Shown one piece after another: positions 19,047-27,662 of a stretch of DNA of 64,000 nucleotides (position 1 is the stretch's first letter; every line of letters begins with the position of its first letter). The translations under genes were made by a program, and so were the position numbers. The DNA is from Flavobacteriales bacterium (GTDB taxonomy: Bacteria > Bacteroidota > Bacteroidia > CAIKAF01), in the NCBI GenBank assembly GCA_026418175.1, contig JAOABX010000008.1, positions 40,111 to 104,110 on the forward strand, read 5' to 3'. The notes under the pieces were generated by a model. That model had not been told where the DNA came from and made no database searches. It saw nothing but the letters and a program-made list of their open reading frames with translations.

Positions 19047-20024
19047 TTAAATATAGCCGTTTTGTTTAAACCATTGCATGGTGTCGTTCACGGTTTCTTG
19101 AAGTGGTCGGGGTGAAAAGCCAAGTTCACGCTTTGCTTTTTCAGAACTTATTTTAGTATTTCCATGCCGAAGAATATGTAATGATTCCTTTGTAAATAAA
19201 GGTTCTTTGCCGGTGATAAGCGAAAATAGTTGTACAAAGGGTAACAAGGCATACGCCACCCAAAAAGGTAGAATAATAGCTTTTCGTTTTTTTCCCGTGG
19301 CAAGATTCACCATTCGAATCATGTCCAACATCGTAATATATTCTCCCGACATTAAATAACATTCTCCTGTTCGGCCTTTCTCCAAAGATTGTATAATTGC
19401 AGTGGCCACATCCCGGTTATCAACAAAATCAAATCCTCCACGAAAAATAGCCGGAACCCTTCCTTGGTAAATATCAATGAATGCTTGCCCCTGTAATGAT
19501 GGTTTATGATCGGGCGGTCCTATCAGCGAAGTTGGATTGATTACAACTACATCCAGTCCTTTGTTTACATAACTTAAAGCTAACAATTGGCTGTCGCGTT
19601 TTGACCGATCGTATGAAAATGCATTGTCATGGGCCAGTTCCCTGGTTTCATCAAGTACTTCATGCAAAGGTTCCGGATGAAAAGCATGAATAGAAGAGAG
19701 GTGAATAAATCGCTTTACACCACATTTCAATGCTGTGTCAAGTAACCGTTTTGTGCCTTCCACATTGGTTTGATGAACCTTACCATCTGGATCTCCGTTC
19801 AGTGAAATGATTGCAGCGCAATGAATGACAGCATCGCAATCTTCCAATAATTTTTCTAACACCGGGTAATCCATCATGGACCCCTGAATAAAAGTAGCCT
19901 GAATACCTTCTAAAGCTCGTGTATCCTTATGTATTAAAAGTTTTAGTGTATCGCCACGCCTTTCCAATTGTCGGGCAATTTCAGAACCCAAGTGGCCGGA
20001 CGCCCCGGTAATAGCAATTTTCAT
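19047..20024 (-). CDS. Extended SDR, NAD-dependent epimerase/dehydratase (HpnA/3-beta-HSD-like)
   Basis: TGASGHLG, HCAA, NVEGT, SS, YDRSK catalytic motif. Confidence 0.85.
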   Translation of the reverse strand: MKIAITGASGHLGSEIARQLERRGDTLKLLIHKDTRALEGIQATFIQGSMMDYPVLEKLLEDCDAVIHCAAIISLNGDPDGKVHQTNVEGTKRLLDTALKCGVKRFIHLSSIHAFHPEPLHEVLDETRELAHDNAFSYDRSKRDSQLLALSYVNKGLDVVVINPTSLIGPPDHKPSLQGQAFIDIYQGRVPAIFRGGFDFVDNRDVATAIIQSLEKGRTGECYLMSGEYITMLDMIRMVNLATGKKRKAIILPFWVAYALLPFVQLFSLITGKEPLFTKESLHILRHGNTKISSEKAKRELGFSPRPLQETVNDTMQWFKQNGYI

Positions 20025-20130
20025 AAAAGGGTTTTTAAAACGTTTTTAAATTACCCAAACCTAACTAAAATTCTTTTTCCGAATAAATCTGTTAAAAGTG
20101 TTAACTTTGCATACCTTTTTAGTCTATTCT

Positions 20131-21135
20131 ATGATTCAAACTGATATCTGCATTGTTGGAGCCGGACCTGTTGGGCTCTTTGCAGTATTTGAAGCCGGCT
20201 TGTTAAAAATGCGTTGTCATTTGGTTGATGCATTACCGCAAGTAGGTGGCCAGCTTTCTGAAATTTATCCCAAAAAGCCAATATATGATATTCCAGGCTA
20301 TCCGGAAATTTTGGCCGGTGATTTAATTACTAACCTGATGAAACAAATTGAACCGTTCAAGCCTACTTTTACCTTGGGTGAACGGGTTGATTCTTTTGTG
20401 CGTAACGATGATGGAACCATTATTGTAACAACCAACGAAGGCACAACAATTTCATCCAAAGTATTGGTGATAGCTGCCGGATTGGGCTGCTTTGAGCCCC
20501 GTAAGCCGGAAGTAAAAGATTTGGAAAAATTTGAAGGGAAAGGTATAAGTTACATGATTTTAGATCCTGAAAAATATCGGGGTAAACGGGTAGTGCTGGC
20601 TGGCGGTGGTGATTCTGCCTTGGATTGGGCCATTCACTTATCGGAAATTTGTGGGGAATTATCACTGGTGCATCGTAGCGAAACATTCCGCGGCGCACCT
20701 GATTCAGCGGCCAAAGTATTTGAATTAGCCAAAAAGGGTAAATTAAATTTGATATTAAATTCAAATGTTACAGCTGTTAGCGGTAATGGACATTTGGAAT
20801 CTGTAACGATCACGAATAACCAACAAGAAAACACCCAACTCTTTGTAGATAATTTTATTCCATTGTTTGGTTTAACTCCTAAACTTGGCCCAATAGCCGA
20901 ATGGGGGTTGAATATTGACAAAAATTCCATAGTTGTAAATGTGGAAGATTATTCTACAAACATTCCGGCAGTTTACGCTATCGGCGATATCAATACTTAT
21001 CCCGGTAAATTGAAATTAATTCTGTGCGGATTTCATGAAGCAGCACTGATGGCTCAAAGTGCTTTTCGTTATGTATATCCTGACCAAAAACTGAGTTTTA
21101 AATACACTACCGTTAACGGGGTAAATGCCTTTTGA
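20131..21135 (+). CDS. Ferredoxin--NADP+ reductase (TrxR-type)
   Basis: GAGPVG, GGQLSEIYPKKPIYDIPG, GGGDSALDW, no CxxC; TAACTTTG -7 motif at 20102-20109. Confidence 0.9.
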   Translation: MIQTDICIVGAGPVGLFAVFEAGLLKMRCHLVDALPQVGGQLSEIYPKKPIYDIPGYPEILAGDLITNLMKQIEPFKPTFTLGERVDSFVRNDDGTIIVTTNEGTTISSKVLVIAAGLGCFEPRKPEVKDLEKFEGKGISYMILDPEKYRGKRVVLAGGGDSALDWAIHLSEICGELSLVHRSETFRGAPDSAAKVFELAKKGKLNLILNSNVTAVSGNGHLESVTITNNQQENTQLFVDNFIPLFGLTPKLGPIAEWGLNIDKNSIVVNVEDYSTNIPAVYAIGDINTYPGKLKLILCGFHEAALMAQSAFRYVYPDQKLSFKYTTVNGVNAF

Positions 21136-21467
21136 TGAAAGACCTAATTGAAGTAACTATTATCGACAAAGACGGAACATCAAATACCTTACAAATTCCT
21201 ACAGGTATTTCGCTTAGCTTGATGGAAGTATTAAAAGGAGAGGGCTATCCGATTTTGGCTACTTGTGGTGGAATGGCACTTTGTGCTACCTGCCATGTAC
21301 AAGTTATTAAAGGTTATGAAAAGTTACATCAACCCGAAGACCAGGAGTGGGCTATGCTTGATACATTACCTAATTATACACCGCAAAGCCGCTTGTCGTG
21401 CCAGCTTAAAATTGACGAAACCATGGATGGTATGGAATTCCGTGTGATGGGTGAAGATAATGTGTAG
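21135..21467 (+). CDS. 2Fe-2S ferredoxin (adrenodoxin-type)
   Basis: CGGMALCATCH and SRLSCQ; ATG overlaps the FNR stop codon. Confidence 0.92.
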   Translation: MKDLIEVTIIDKDGTSNTLQIPTGISLSLMEVLKGEGYPILATCGGMALCATCHVQVIKGYEKLHQPEDQEWAMLDTLPNYTPQSRLSCQLKIDETMDGMEFRVMGEDNV

Positions 21468-21564
21468 GCAATAATTTTTTTTCACCATCGTTTTTTTACT
21501 AATTTCCTTAACAATATTTCATAAAGTGAATGGAATCACTATTTTTGAGGTGAAACATAAGCCT

Positions 21565-22308
21565 ATGAATAGCAAACATCTACTTGTATTTTCGCTGGGG
21601 ATTTTGATAATACTAGGTTGGACATCATGTTCAAAAACTACCATTTACACCGGCAGCAGCCAAACCGGTGTGTTTTATAATAAACTTGCATTGGGTATTC
21701 CTGGGGCAGGTAATTCAGGATATAGCCCCAAGCGTAGATACAAAGATGGTAAGCAAATCGTTCCGTTACCCATATATCATACAGTAGGAGGTTCGTTCCT
21801 TATGGGAATCGATAAAGATATTCAATATGGCTATCCCGGTGGAGGAATTCATTATGACTTGCGTCTTACAGCGGCTAAATGGAGTAATGAGGGAACATTT
21901 TCCATTAACTTTCCGCTCACCGTGGCAGTAACTTATCACAACGATTTTGTACAATATCCTAATCCGGCACTGGTGCCTCAAAAGAAAACAAATTTCACTG
22001 CGGAAGTACCCATTAACTTTACTTTTAATTTTGGACATTGCACAACACCCAAATCTCTTCAAAATTTTGGTGTTTTTTTTGGAGTAGGGTATGCATTTGC
22101 ATACTTGCCCAGCGGACGTACCGGTACTTACATATTTCCACAGGGTACAACGTACAATCTACCCATTGGTCACGGCCCGCATGCTCGGGTAGGTATTCGC
22201 TTCAGAACCGGATCACTGTCTTGGCAAACCTTTGGAAGTTTTCTTTATAACATTTATACGCCTTCTCACTTAGCCGGTGTAGGGTTAGGACTTACATTCG
22301 GTAAATAA
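21565..22308 (+). CDS. Hypothetical protein, probable outer-membrane beta-barrel
   Basis: Lipobox-like WTSC, alternating beta-strand pattern, C-terminal GVGLGLTF. Confidence 0.6.
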   Translation: MNSKHLLVFSLGILIILGWTSCSKTTIYTGSSQTGVFYNKLALGIPGAGNSGYSPKRRYKDGKQIVPLPIYHTVGGSFLMGIDKDIQYGYPGGGIHYDLRLTAAKWSNEGTFSINFPLTVAVTYHNDFVQYPNPALVPQKKTNFTAEVPINFTFNFGHCTTPKSLQNFGVFFGVGYAFAYLPSGRTGTYIFPQGTTYNLPIGHGPHARVGIRFRTGSLSWQTFGSFLYNIYTPSHLAGVGLGLTFGK

Positions 22309-22417
22309 TTTGAATAAATTAAATGTATAGAGATTAAATATGTTTATTGATTAGTTAAAATAAACGTATTGTTTTCGTTTAATAAAGTTTTTGATTAGTT
22401 TCCCAATACTTTATTAT

Positions 22418-23671
22418 TTAGTGTTCGTTGTACACTATCCGATATAAGTTATATAATAATAAATAATCTAACCCATTAAACAGAGCTCCCTGCTGGTCTT
22501 TTGAGCCGTTGCGGTGATTAGGATGAAACCAACGGTTTTCACCACTCCATCCGGGAGTATTTGTACAATGGGTTGACATAAAACAAGGGCCATGGCTTGG
22601 TGCATTATGAAGCATTTCTTCAAACATGGATTGATAGAAAACCAAATTACGCTTTCTAAATAAAGCATCTACTAATAAATAAATTTCCATACCAGCACCT
22701 TCACACCATTGTGTAAAGCGATTATACGAGGGATAACCAATTACACTACACAAGGCTAATTGCATACCCATATTTACTTCGGTTTGCGTAGGATTATTTT
22801 TTTCATAGGGAATTTGCATCAAGGTTGACCAAATAGGCCTTCCGTTTATTAAAGACCCCCAGTTATGATAATTTTTTCCGGTAATTATTTTGCCAATACG
22901 GGCAATTGCAAACGCATATCCGGTGGCAGAATAACCGATAGGTACCCGGTTCCCATTGGGATCTAAAATTTGCCAATCGGTATTCCGGAAATAGCTAATG
23001 ATTTGGTGGCATTTAGTTTTTATTTTTTCTTTTAATGCTATGCCGTCAAGCGATGAAGTGAGTGTATCCGGTAGTAATTGATTAGAAATAGCTGCTGCCC
23101 AAAGTATATATATCGCTTGGTCTTGACTCATCATATTACCATCTTCTATGCCGGTACGGCAAACTTCGCCTGATTTTACGCAATGCATGCCCTGCAATTT
23201 TGCTGCCAGGGCAGTAGGAACATCATCTCGCAATAAAAAACCGTCTTCCCTCGGATTTTGTCCATACTTTAATTTTGAAGCTTTATCCAAACGTGATAAC
23301 GCATACCAGGCTTTTGAAAGTTCATCGCGTATCAGCGATACATTTTTTTGTTCTTTCCATTGTAAATAGTATTCAGTACTAAGCCAAGCCGCATAGTGTG
23401 CCCAATGAACAGTTCCATCCATCCATTCGGCCAAACCATTTTTACCGGGAATCATACCATTTCCGCCACACAAAACCTGCATTTGCCATGCATTGTCACA
23501 ATTCATTTCCGGCCAAATTCTAGCAGCTGGCAGGCATCCGCCTTTGCCGGTATCAACTACCAAAAAACGGGTGTACAATCGTTCTTGATATTGAATTGCT
23601 TTTTCTCCGGGAGTTTGCGAAAGCAATTTCCCGATGAACATATATGTTAGAATGATGAAAAAAATTCGCAT
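22418..23671 (-). CDS. Hypothetical secreted protein
   Basis: 417-aa ORF with a signal peptide; no family recognised. Confidence 0.7.
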   Translation of the reverse strand: MRIFFIILTYMFIGKLLSQTPGEKAIQYQERLYTRFLVVDTGKGGCLPAARIWPEMNCDNAWQMQVLCGGNGMIPGKNGLAEWMDGTVHWAHYAAWLSTEYYLQWKEQKNVSLIRDELSKAWYALSRLDKASKLKYGQNPREDGFLLRDDVPTALAAKLQGMHCVKSGEVCRTGIEDGNMMSQDQAIYILWAAAISNQLLPDTLTSSLDGIALKEKIKTKCHQIISYFRNTDWQILDPNGNRVPIGYSATGYAFAIARIGKIITGKNYHNWGSLINGRPIWSTLMQIPYEKNNPTQTEVNMGMQLALCSVIGYPSYNRFTQWCEGAGMEIYLLVDALFRKRNLVFYQSMFEEMLHNAPSHGPCFMSTHCTNTPGWSGENRWFHPNHRNGSKDQQGALFNGLDYLLLYNLYRIVYNEH

Positions 23672-23806
23672 TACAATATCTTTTCACAAAATAGTGAATA
23701 AAGTAATATATTAAAAGTGCTTGTTCTATAAGAGGAAGAAAAACACATTCAACTACCAGTTTATTGGGAAATATTTTTTTGTATTTGTTTTGTTATACTA
23801 ATTGCG

Positions 23807-25000
23807 TTACATCATAGACTTTGTACTTAAAAGTAGCGAACTATCACCATAACTAAGAAATCTGTAATTGTTTTGCAGGGCTTCATGGTAAACGGTTTTC
23901 CATTGTTCTCCAATCAGGGCTGAAATAAGCAGCAATAATGTGGATTTAGGCTGATGGAAATTGGTGATAATACCCCGGCAAACTCGAAACTCATATCCCG
24001 GCACAATATAAATAGAGGTAACTCCTTCCAGATTTTCTAAATGTTGCTGGTCCATGTAAGTTAGTACCCGTTGTAAGGATTGTTGAAGAGAGATATTACA
24101 AGCATGTTCATAAGGAAAATATTGCGGAATAGTAAACGACTCCAGGCGTTGTTGAATTAGTCCTACGCCAAACCAGTATAGGCTTTCAAGGCTACGCATG
24201 CTGGTGGTGCCAACCGGAATGATAGGCCCTTCATGTTGCATGAGATGCATGATATTATCACGGCTAAAAAACATTTTTTCAGCATGCATTTCGTGCTCCA
24301 ATGCATTTTCAGTACTTACAGGTTTAAAGGTGCCTGCACCTACATGTAAGGTAATGAATTCTTTCTTTATCCCCTGTTTTTCTAAATCCTGCAATACATG
24401 TTCGGTAAAATGTAAACCGGCAGTTGGGGCAGCAACGGAGCCTTCCTGAGTAGCATATACGGTTTGATAGACCTCTTTATCTTTTTCTACAGCTTCACGT
24501 TTGATGTATGGCGGAATGGGCATGTTGCCTACTTCTGCCAGCACTTCGGCAAATACCCTGTTGTCGTTCCATGCAATGCAAACAACATCATGTTCACGGT
24601 CAACCCAAGAAAATTCAAGTTCATGATGATATATTACTTCATTTTCTTTCCACCGTTTTTTATTGCCTATCATACAATGCCAGTGTACTTGCTTGGTAGC
24701 TCCCATGGTTTGCATAATTACCGGGGAAGGATAAATAGGTTCCAATAAAAAAATTTCAATCTGTGCTCCGGTTGCTTTGGTTATTTTAAGGCGTGCCTGA
24801 ATTACACGGGTTTGATTAAAAACCAGAAGGGTATTGGACGGTAGCAATTGAGGCAATTCTTTAAACCGATGGTGGGTGATAATATTTCCTTCTAATCGTA
24901 GTAATTTCGAGCTATCTCGGGGTTCAACCGGAAACAAGGCGATTCGTTCCTCTGGTAGCGGATAATCAAAATCGTTGATATGAATTTCTTTAGGTAACAT
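23807..25000 (-). CDS. queA: S-adenosylmethionine:tRNA ribosyltransferase-isomerase
   Basis: DFDYPLPEERIA, PIPPYIKR, YQTVYA, GSVAAPTAGLHF, TLHVGAGTF, TNFHQPKSTL, YRFLSYGD. Confidence 0.96.
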   Translation of the reverse strand: MLPKEIHINDFDYPLPEERIALFPVEPRDSSKLLRLEGNIITHHRFKELPQLLPSNTLLVFNQTRVIQARLKITKATGAQIEIFLLEPIYPSPVIMQTMGATKQVHWHCMIGNKKRWKENEVIYHHELEFSWVDREHDVVCIAWNDNRVFAEVLAEVGNMPIPPYIKREAVEKDKEVYQTVYATQEGSVAAPTAGLHFTEHVLQDLEKQGIKKEFITLHVGAGTFKPVSTENALEHEMHAEKMFFSRDNIMHLMQHEGPIIPVGTTSMRSLESLYWFGVGLIQQRLESFTIPQYFPYEHACNISLQQSLQRVLTYMDQQHLENLEGVTSIYIVPGYEFRVCRGIITNFHQPKSTLLLLISALIGEQWKTVYHEALQNNYRFLSYGDSSLLLSTKSMM

Positions 25001-25064
25001 CAATAATCATTGCAAAAATGATACATTCGTTTTAAGTATTCAAATGTTAAGTATATTAATTATT

Positions 25065-26336
25065 ATGAACACAGAAACCCTGTATGAGGTTTATAAAAAA
25101 CATCCGATGGTATGTACAGATAGCCGATCTATTCAAGCAGGATGTATATTTTTTGCCCTGAAAGGAGAACGTTTTAATGGAAATACATTTGCAGCCCAAG
25201 CACTTAATGAGGGTGCTTCCTTTGCTGTGATTGATGAACCCGAATGTAAGGTAGATGAAAGAACTATTTTGGTACCAGATGCCCTCAAAGCCTTGCAACA
25301 ACTGGCTTATTATCATCGAATGCAGTTTAATATACCGTTTATTGCTGTATGTGGTTCGAATGGTAAAACTACATCAAAAGAATTAATGCATGCAGTATTA
25401 AGTACAACCTATAAAACTATAGCTACTCCCGGTAATTTTAATAATCATATTGGTGTTCCGCTTACACTGTTAAGTATTCCCAAAGGGACAGAAATGGCCA
25501 TTATTGAAATTGGTGCTAATCATCTGCATGAAACCTATGCCTTGTGTAAAATAGCAGCCCCTGATTTTGGGGTAGTAACAAATAATGGAAAAGATCATCT
25601 GGAAGGTTTTTGCAGCATCGAAGGAGTAAGAAAAGCTAATGCGGAATTGTATCAATACTTATATGAAATCGGAGGTACAGCTTTTGTTAATGCAAGCCTG
25701 GCTGATTTAATGGAAGACTCTGCTTCGCTTAAACGCATCATTTATGGAGATGACCCCAAGGCTGATTTTATTTGCCATAGTTATCCGCATGGTATTTTTG
25801 CAGGACTTCAATTTCCTGATGGGAAAGTGGCAATCTCCCGGCTGGCAGGAACATTTAATTGGATAAATATGGCTTTGGCTGCAGCCGTGGGGCATTATTT
25901 TCAAGTAAGCCAGGAAAACATTATTCAGGCGCTCGAAACATATCAACCTCGATTAAACCGTTCACAAATGCTTAATTACCGAGGGGCTACTATCATCATG
26001 GATGCATACAATGCCAACCCCAGCAGTATGGAGCTGGCATTGCGTAGTTTTATGCAAATACCGGGTAAAAAATGTGTAATATTGGGCGACATGCTTGAAT
26101 TGGGAGAACATGCAGCTGCAGAACACTGGGCGATCGTGCAGTTAGTGAAACAATTATCGCCCGATGAAGTGGTGTTGGTGGGCACGGAATTTGGCCAATA
26201 TAAAAAGGAGATACAAGCACATTTTTTTGAAAATTCATCCGATGCGGCCGGCTGGTTTAAACATCAGGATTTTAACGGCTGGCATATTCTACTCAAAGGT
26301 AGCCGTGGATTGAAACTGGAAAAAATATTGGAGTAA
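25065..26336 (+). CDS. murF: UDP-N-acetylmuramoyl-tripeptide--D-alanyl-D-alanine ligase
   Basis: TDSR, GSNGKTTSKE, GNFNNHIGVPLTL, DAYNANPSSM, LGDMLELG, LLKGSRG. Confidence 0.96.
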   Translation: MNTETLYEVYKKHPMVCTDSRSIQAGCIFFALKGERFNGNTFAAQALNEGASFAVIDEPECKVDERTILVPDALKALQQLAYYHRMQFNIPFIAVCGSNGKTTSKELMHAVLSTTYKTIATPGNFNNHIGVPLTLLSIPKGTEMAIIEIGANHLHETYALCKIAAPDFGVVTNNGKDHLEGFCSIEGVRKANAELYQYLYEIGGTAFVNASLADLMEDSASLKRIIYGDDPKADFICHSYPHGIFAGLQFPDGKVAISRLAGTFNWINMALAAAVGHYFQVSQENIIQALETYQPRLNRSQMLNYRGATIIMDAYNANPSSMELALRSFMQIPGKKCVILGDMLELGEHAAAEHWAIVQLVKQLSPDEVVLVGTEFGQYKKEIQAHFFENSSDAAGWFKHQDFNGWHILLKGSRGLKLEKILE

Positions 26337-26381
26337 AAGCAATTTAATTTCAACAATTCAGAACATTGGAATATTGCAAGT

Positions 26382-26505
26382 TCAAAAAATTACAAACTCA
26401 AAAATTAAGATAAAAACCAGGATATTTTAAAACGCTTCTAATAAGGCCGATATAAAACCAATGATTCCGAAAGAATATTTTTAAAGTAAGTTGTGCAACG
26501 GTTAC
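26382..26505 (+). mobile_element. Remnant right end of an IS1182-family element
   Basis: Diverged copy of 29297-29419; both end in the identical 16-mer GTTGTGCAACGGTTAC. No transposase is attached. Confidence 0.75.
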
Positions 26506-26525
26506 GGCTTTTGGCGGTTCGTTTT

Positions 26526-27497
26526 TTATATTGTTTGTATTGACATTTCATTTAAAAATTTCTCAAAGCATTTCAATGCATATTGTTCGCCTGGCTTATT
26601 TATTTCTTCTATTAAGTTACTCCATCCTTTTTTCAAACTTGTCTTTTTGTAAAAGTCAACTATTTTTTTGCTTGCTGCATATTTCCACTCTGTTGTACTG
26701 TTAACTATCATTTCAATGAGTGTCATCCATAAAAGCCAATATTGGTCTGCCTTAAATTCTCTTATTATTCTTTTCAATACTGGGTCACTTTCTTGTCCTA
26801 AATATTTTGAATAAGATAGTAGCCCTATTCGTAAAGTCCATATATGTTGTAGAAGCACTTTTTCATTTCTTGAATTGTCTTTAACTAATTTGATTGCAAT
26901 GTCAATCAAGTTTATAAGATTATCTCTTTGGCTTCTACCATCGTCAAATGACGAAAACCATAAAACGTCTTTGTATTTATAGTTTTCTAAAAATGTAAAA
27001 GAATCATCTTGATACAAACCATATCTAATGTTTCTATTCCAATCAAGTTGCATTTGTTCTTGTTGTTCATTTTTTACGGCAACAAGGAGTCGGCTTCCTT
27101 TTATTTGAGTTTCCAATTTTGCTGAATGGACTAATGCTTGGCTAACAATAAAGTCCTTCGTAAGATTAGGGGCTGTTTGTCTTTCTTCAACATTTACAAT
27201 TCCTACACTCATTGCTCCACGAGGCAACAGAAAAAATTTAGATAACTCAGAATAAGAGTCATTTTTTAACAAGCACTTTTGATAAATAGCTGCAAGACAA
27301 TTTATAAGGTCTTCTCTAGAGTCTGAATAAGCCAAAAGTGAATCTGAAAATAAATGTCCATTAACACTTGGCCTATCTTTTATTTCTTTAAAGGCAATAT
27401 TGTAAAAGTCATTCAAAATTACTCGGGCTTTATTTTCGTCTGTGTTTACCATTTGACTAAATCCGAGTAAGTCAATAAATGCTAAAATTTTTTCCAT
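26526..27497 (-). CDS. Cassette 3: hypothetical protein with an N-terminal class III nucleotide cyclase-like domain
   Basis: AFIDLLGFS, FSDS, LPRGAMSVG and ALVHSAKLE resemble adenylate/guanylate cyclase core motifs; the C-terminal helical region is unrecognised. Confidence 0.6.
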   Translation of the reverse strand: MEKILAFIDLLGFSQMVNTDENKARVILNDFYNIAFKEIKDRPSVNGHLFSDSLLAYSDSREDLINCLAAIYQKCLLKNDSYSELSKFFLLPRGAMSVGIVNVEERQTAPNLTKDFIVSQALVHSAKLETQIKGSRLLVAVKNEQQEQMQLDWNRNIRYGLYQDDSFTFLENYKYKDVLWFSSFDDGRSQRDNLINLIDIAIKLVKDNSRNEKVLLQHIWTLRIGLLSYSKYLGQESDPVLKRIIREFKADQYWLLWMTLIEMIVNSTTEWKYAASKKIVDFYKKTSLKKGWSNLIEEINKPGEQYALKCFEKFLNEMSIQTI

Positions 27498-27537
27498 AGC
27501 TTCATTTATGTTGGTATGTTGTTTCGTTTAAAATGAC

Positions 27538-27662
27538 CGCCTACGGTCTCGGGCTTTGCGTTCGGGCGGGCATAGAAGCACAAAGCTGTCAACCTGCACC
27601 ACACTTGAGTAGAAGCACAAATCTCCAAGTTTGCACGTCACTCCGCATGACGCCAAATCCGT
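27538..27662 (-). repeat. attC-like site, interrupted by an IS
   Basis: Imperfect inverted arms CGGGCTTTGCGT / ACGCCAAATCCG; internal direct repeat TAGAAGCACAAA (27573, 27610); degenerate core GTAGGCG on the minus strand just before the cassette-3 gene. Confidence 0.65.
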
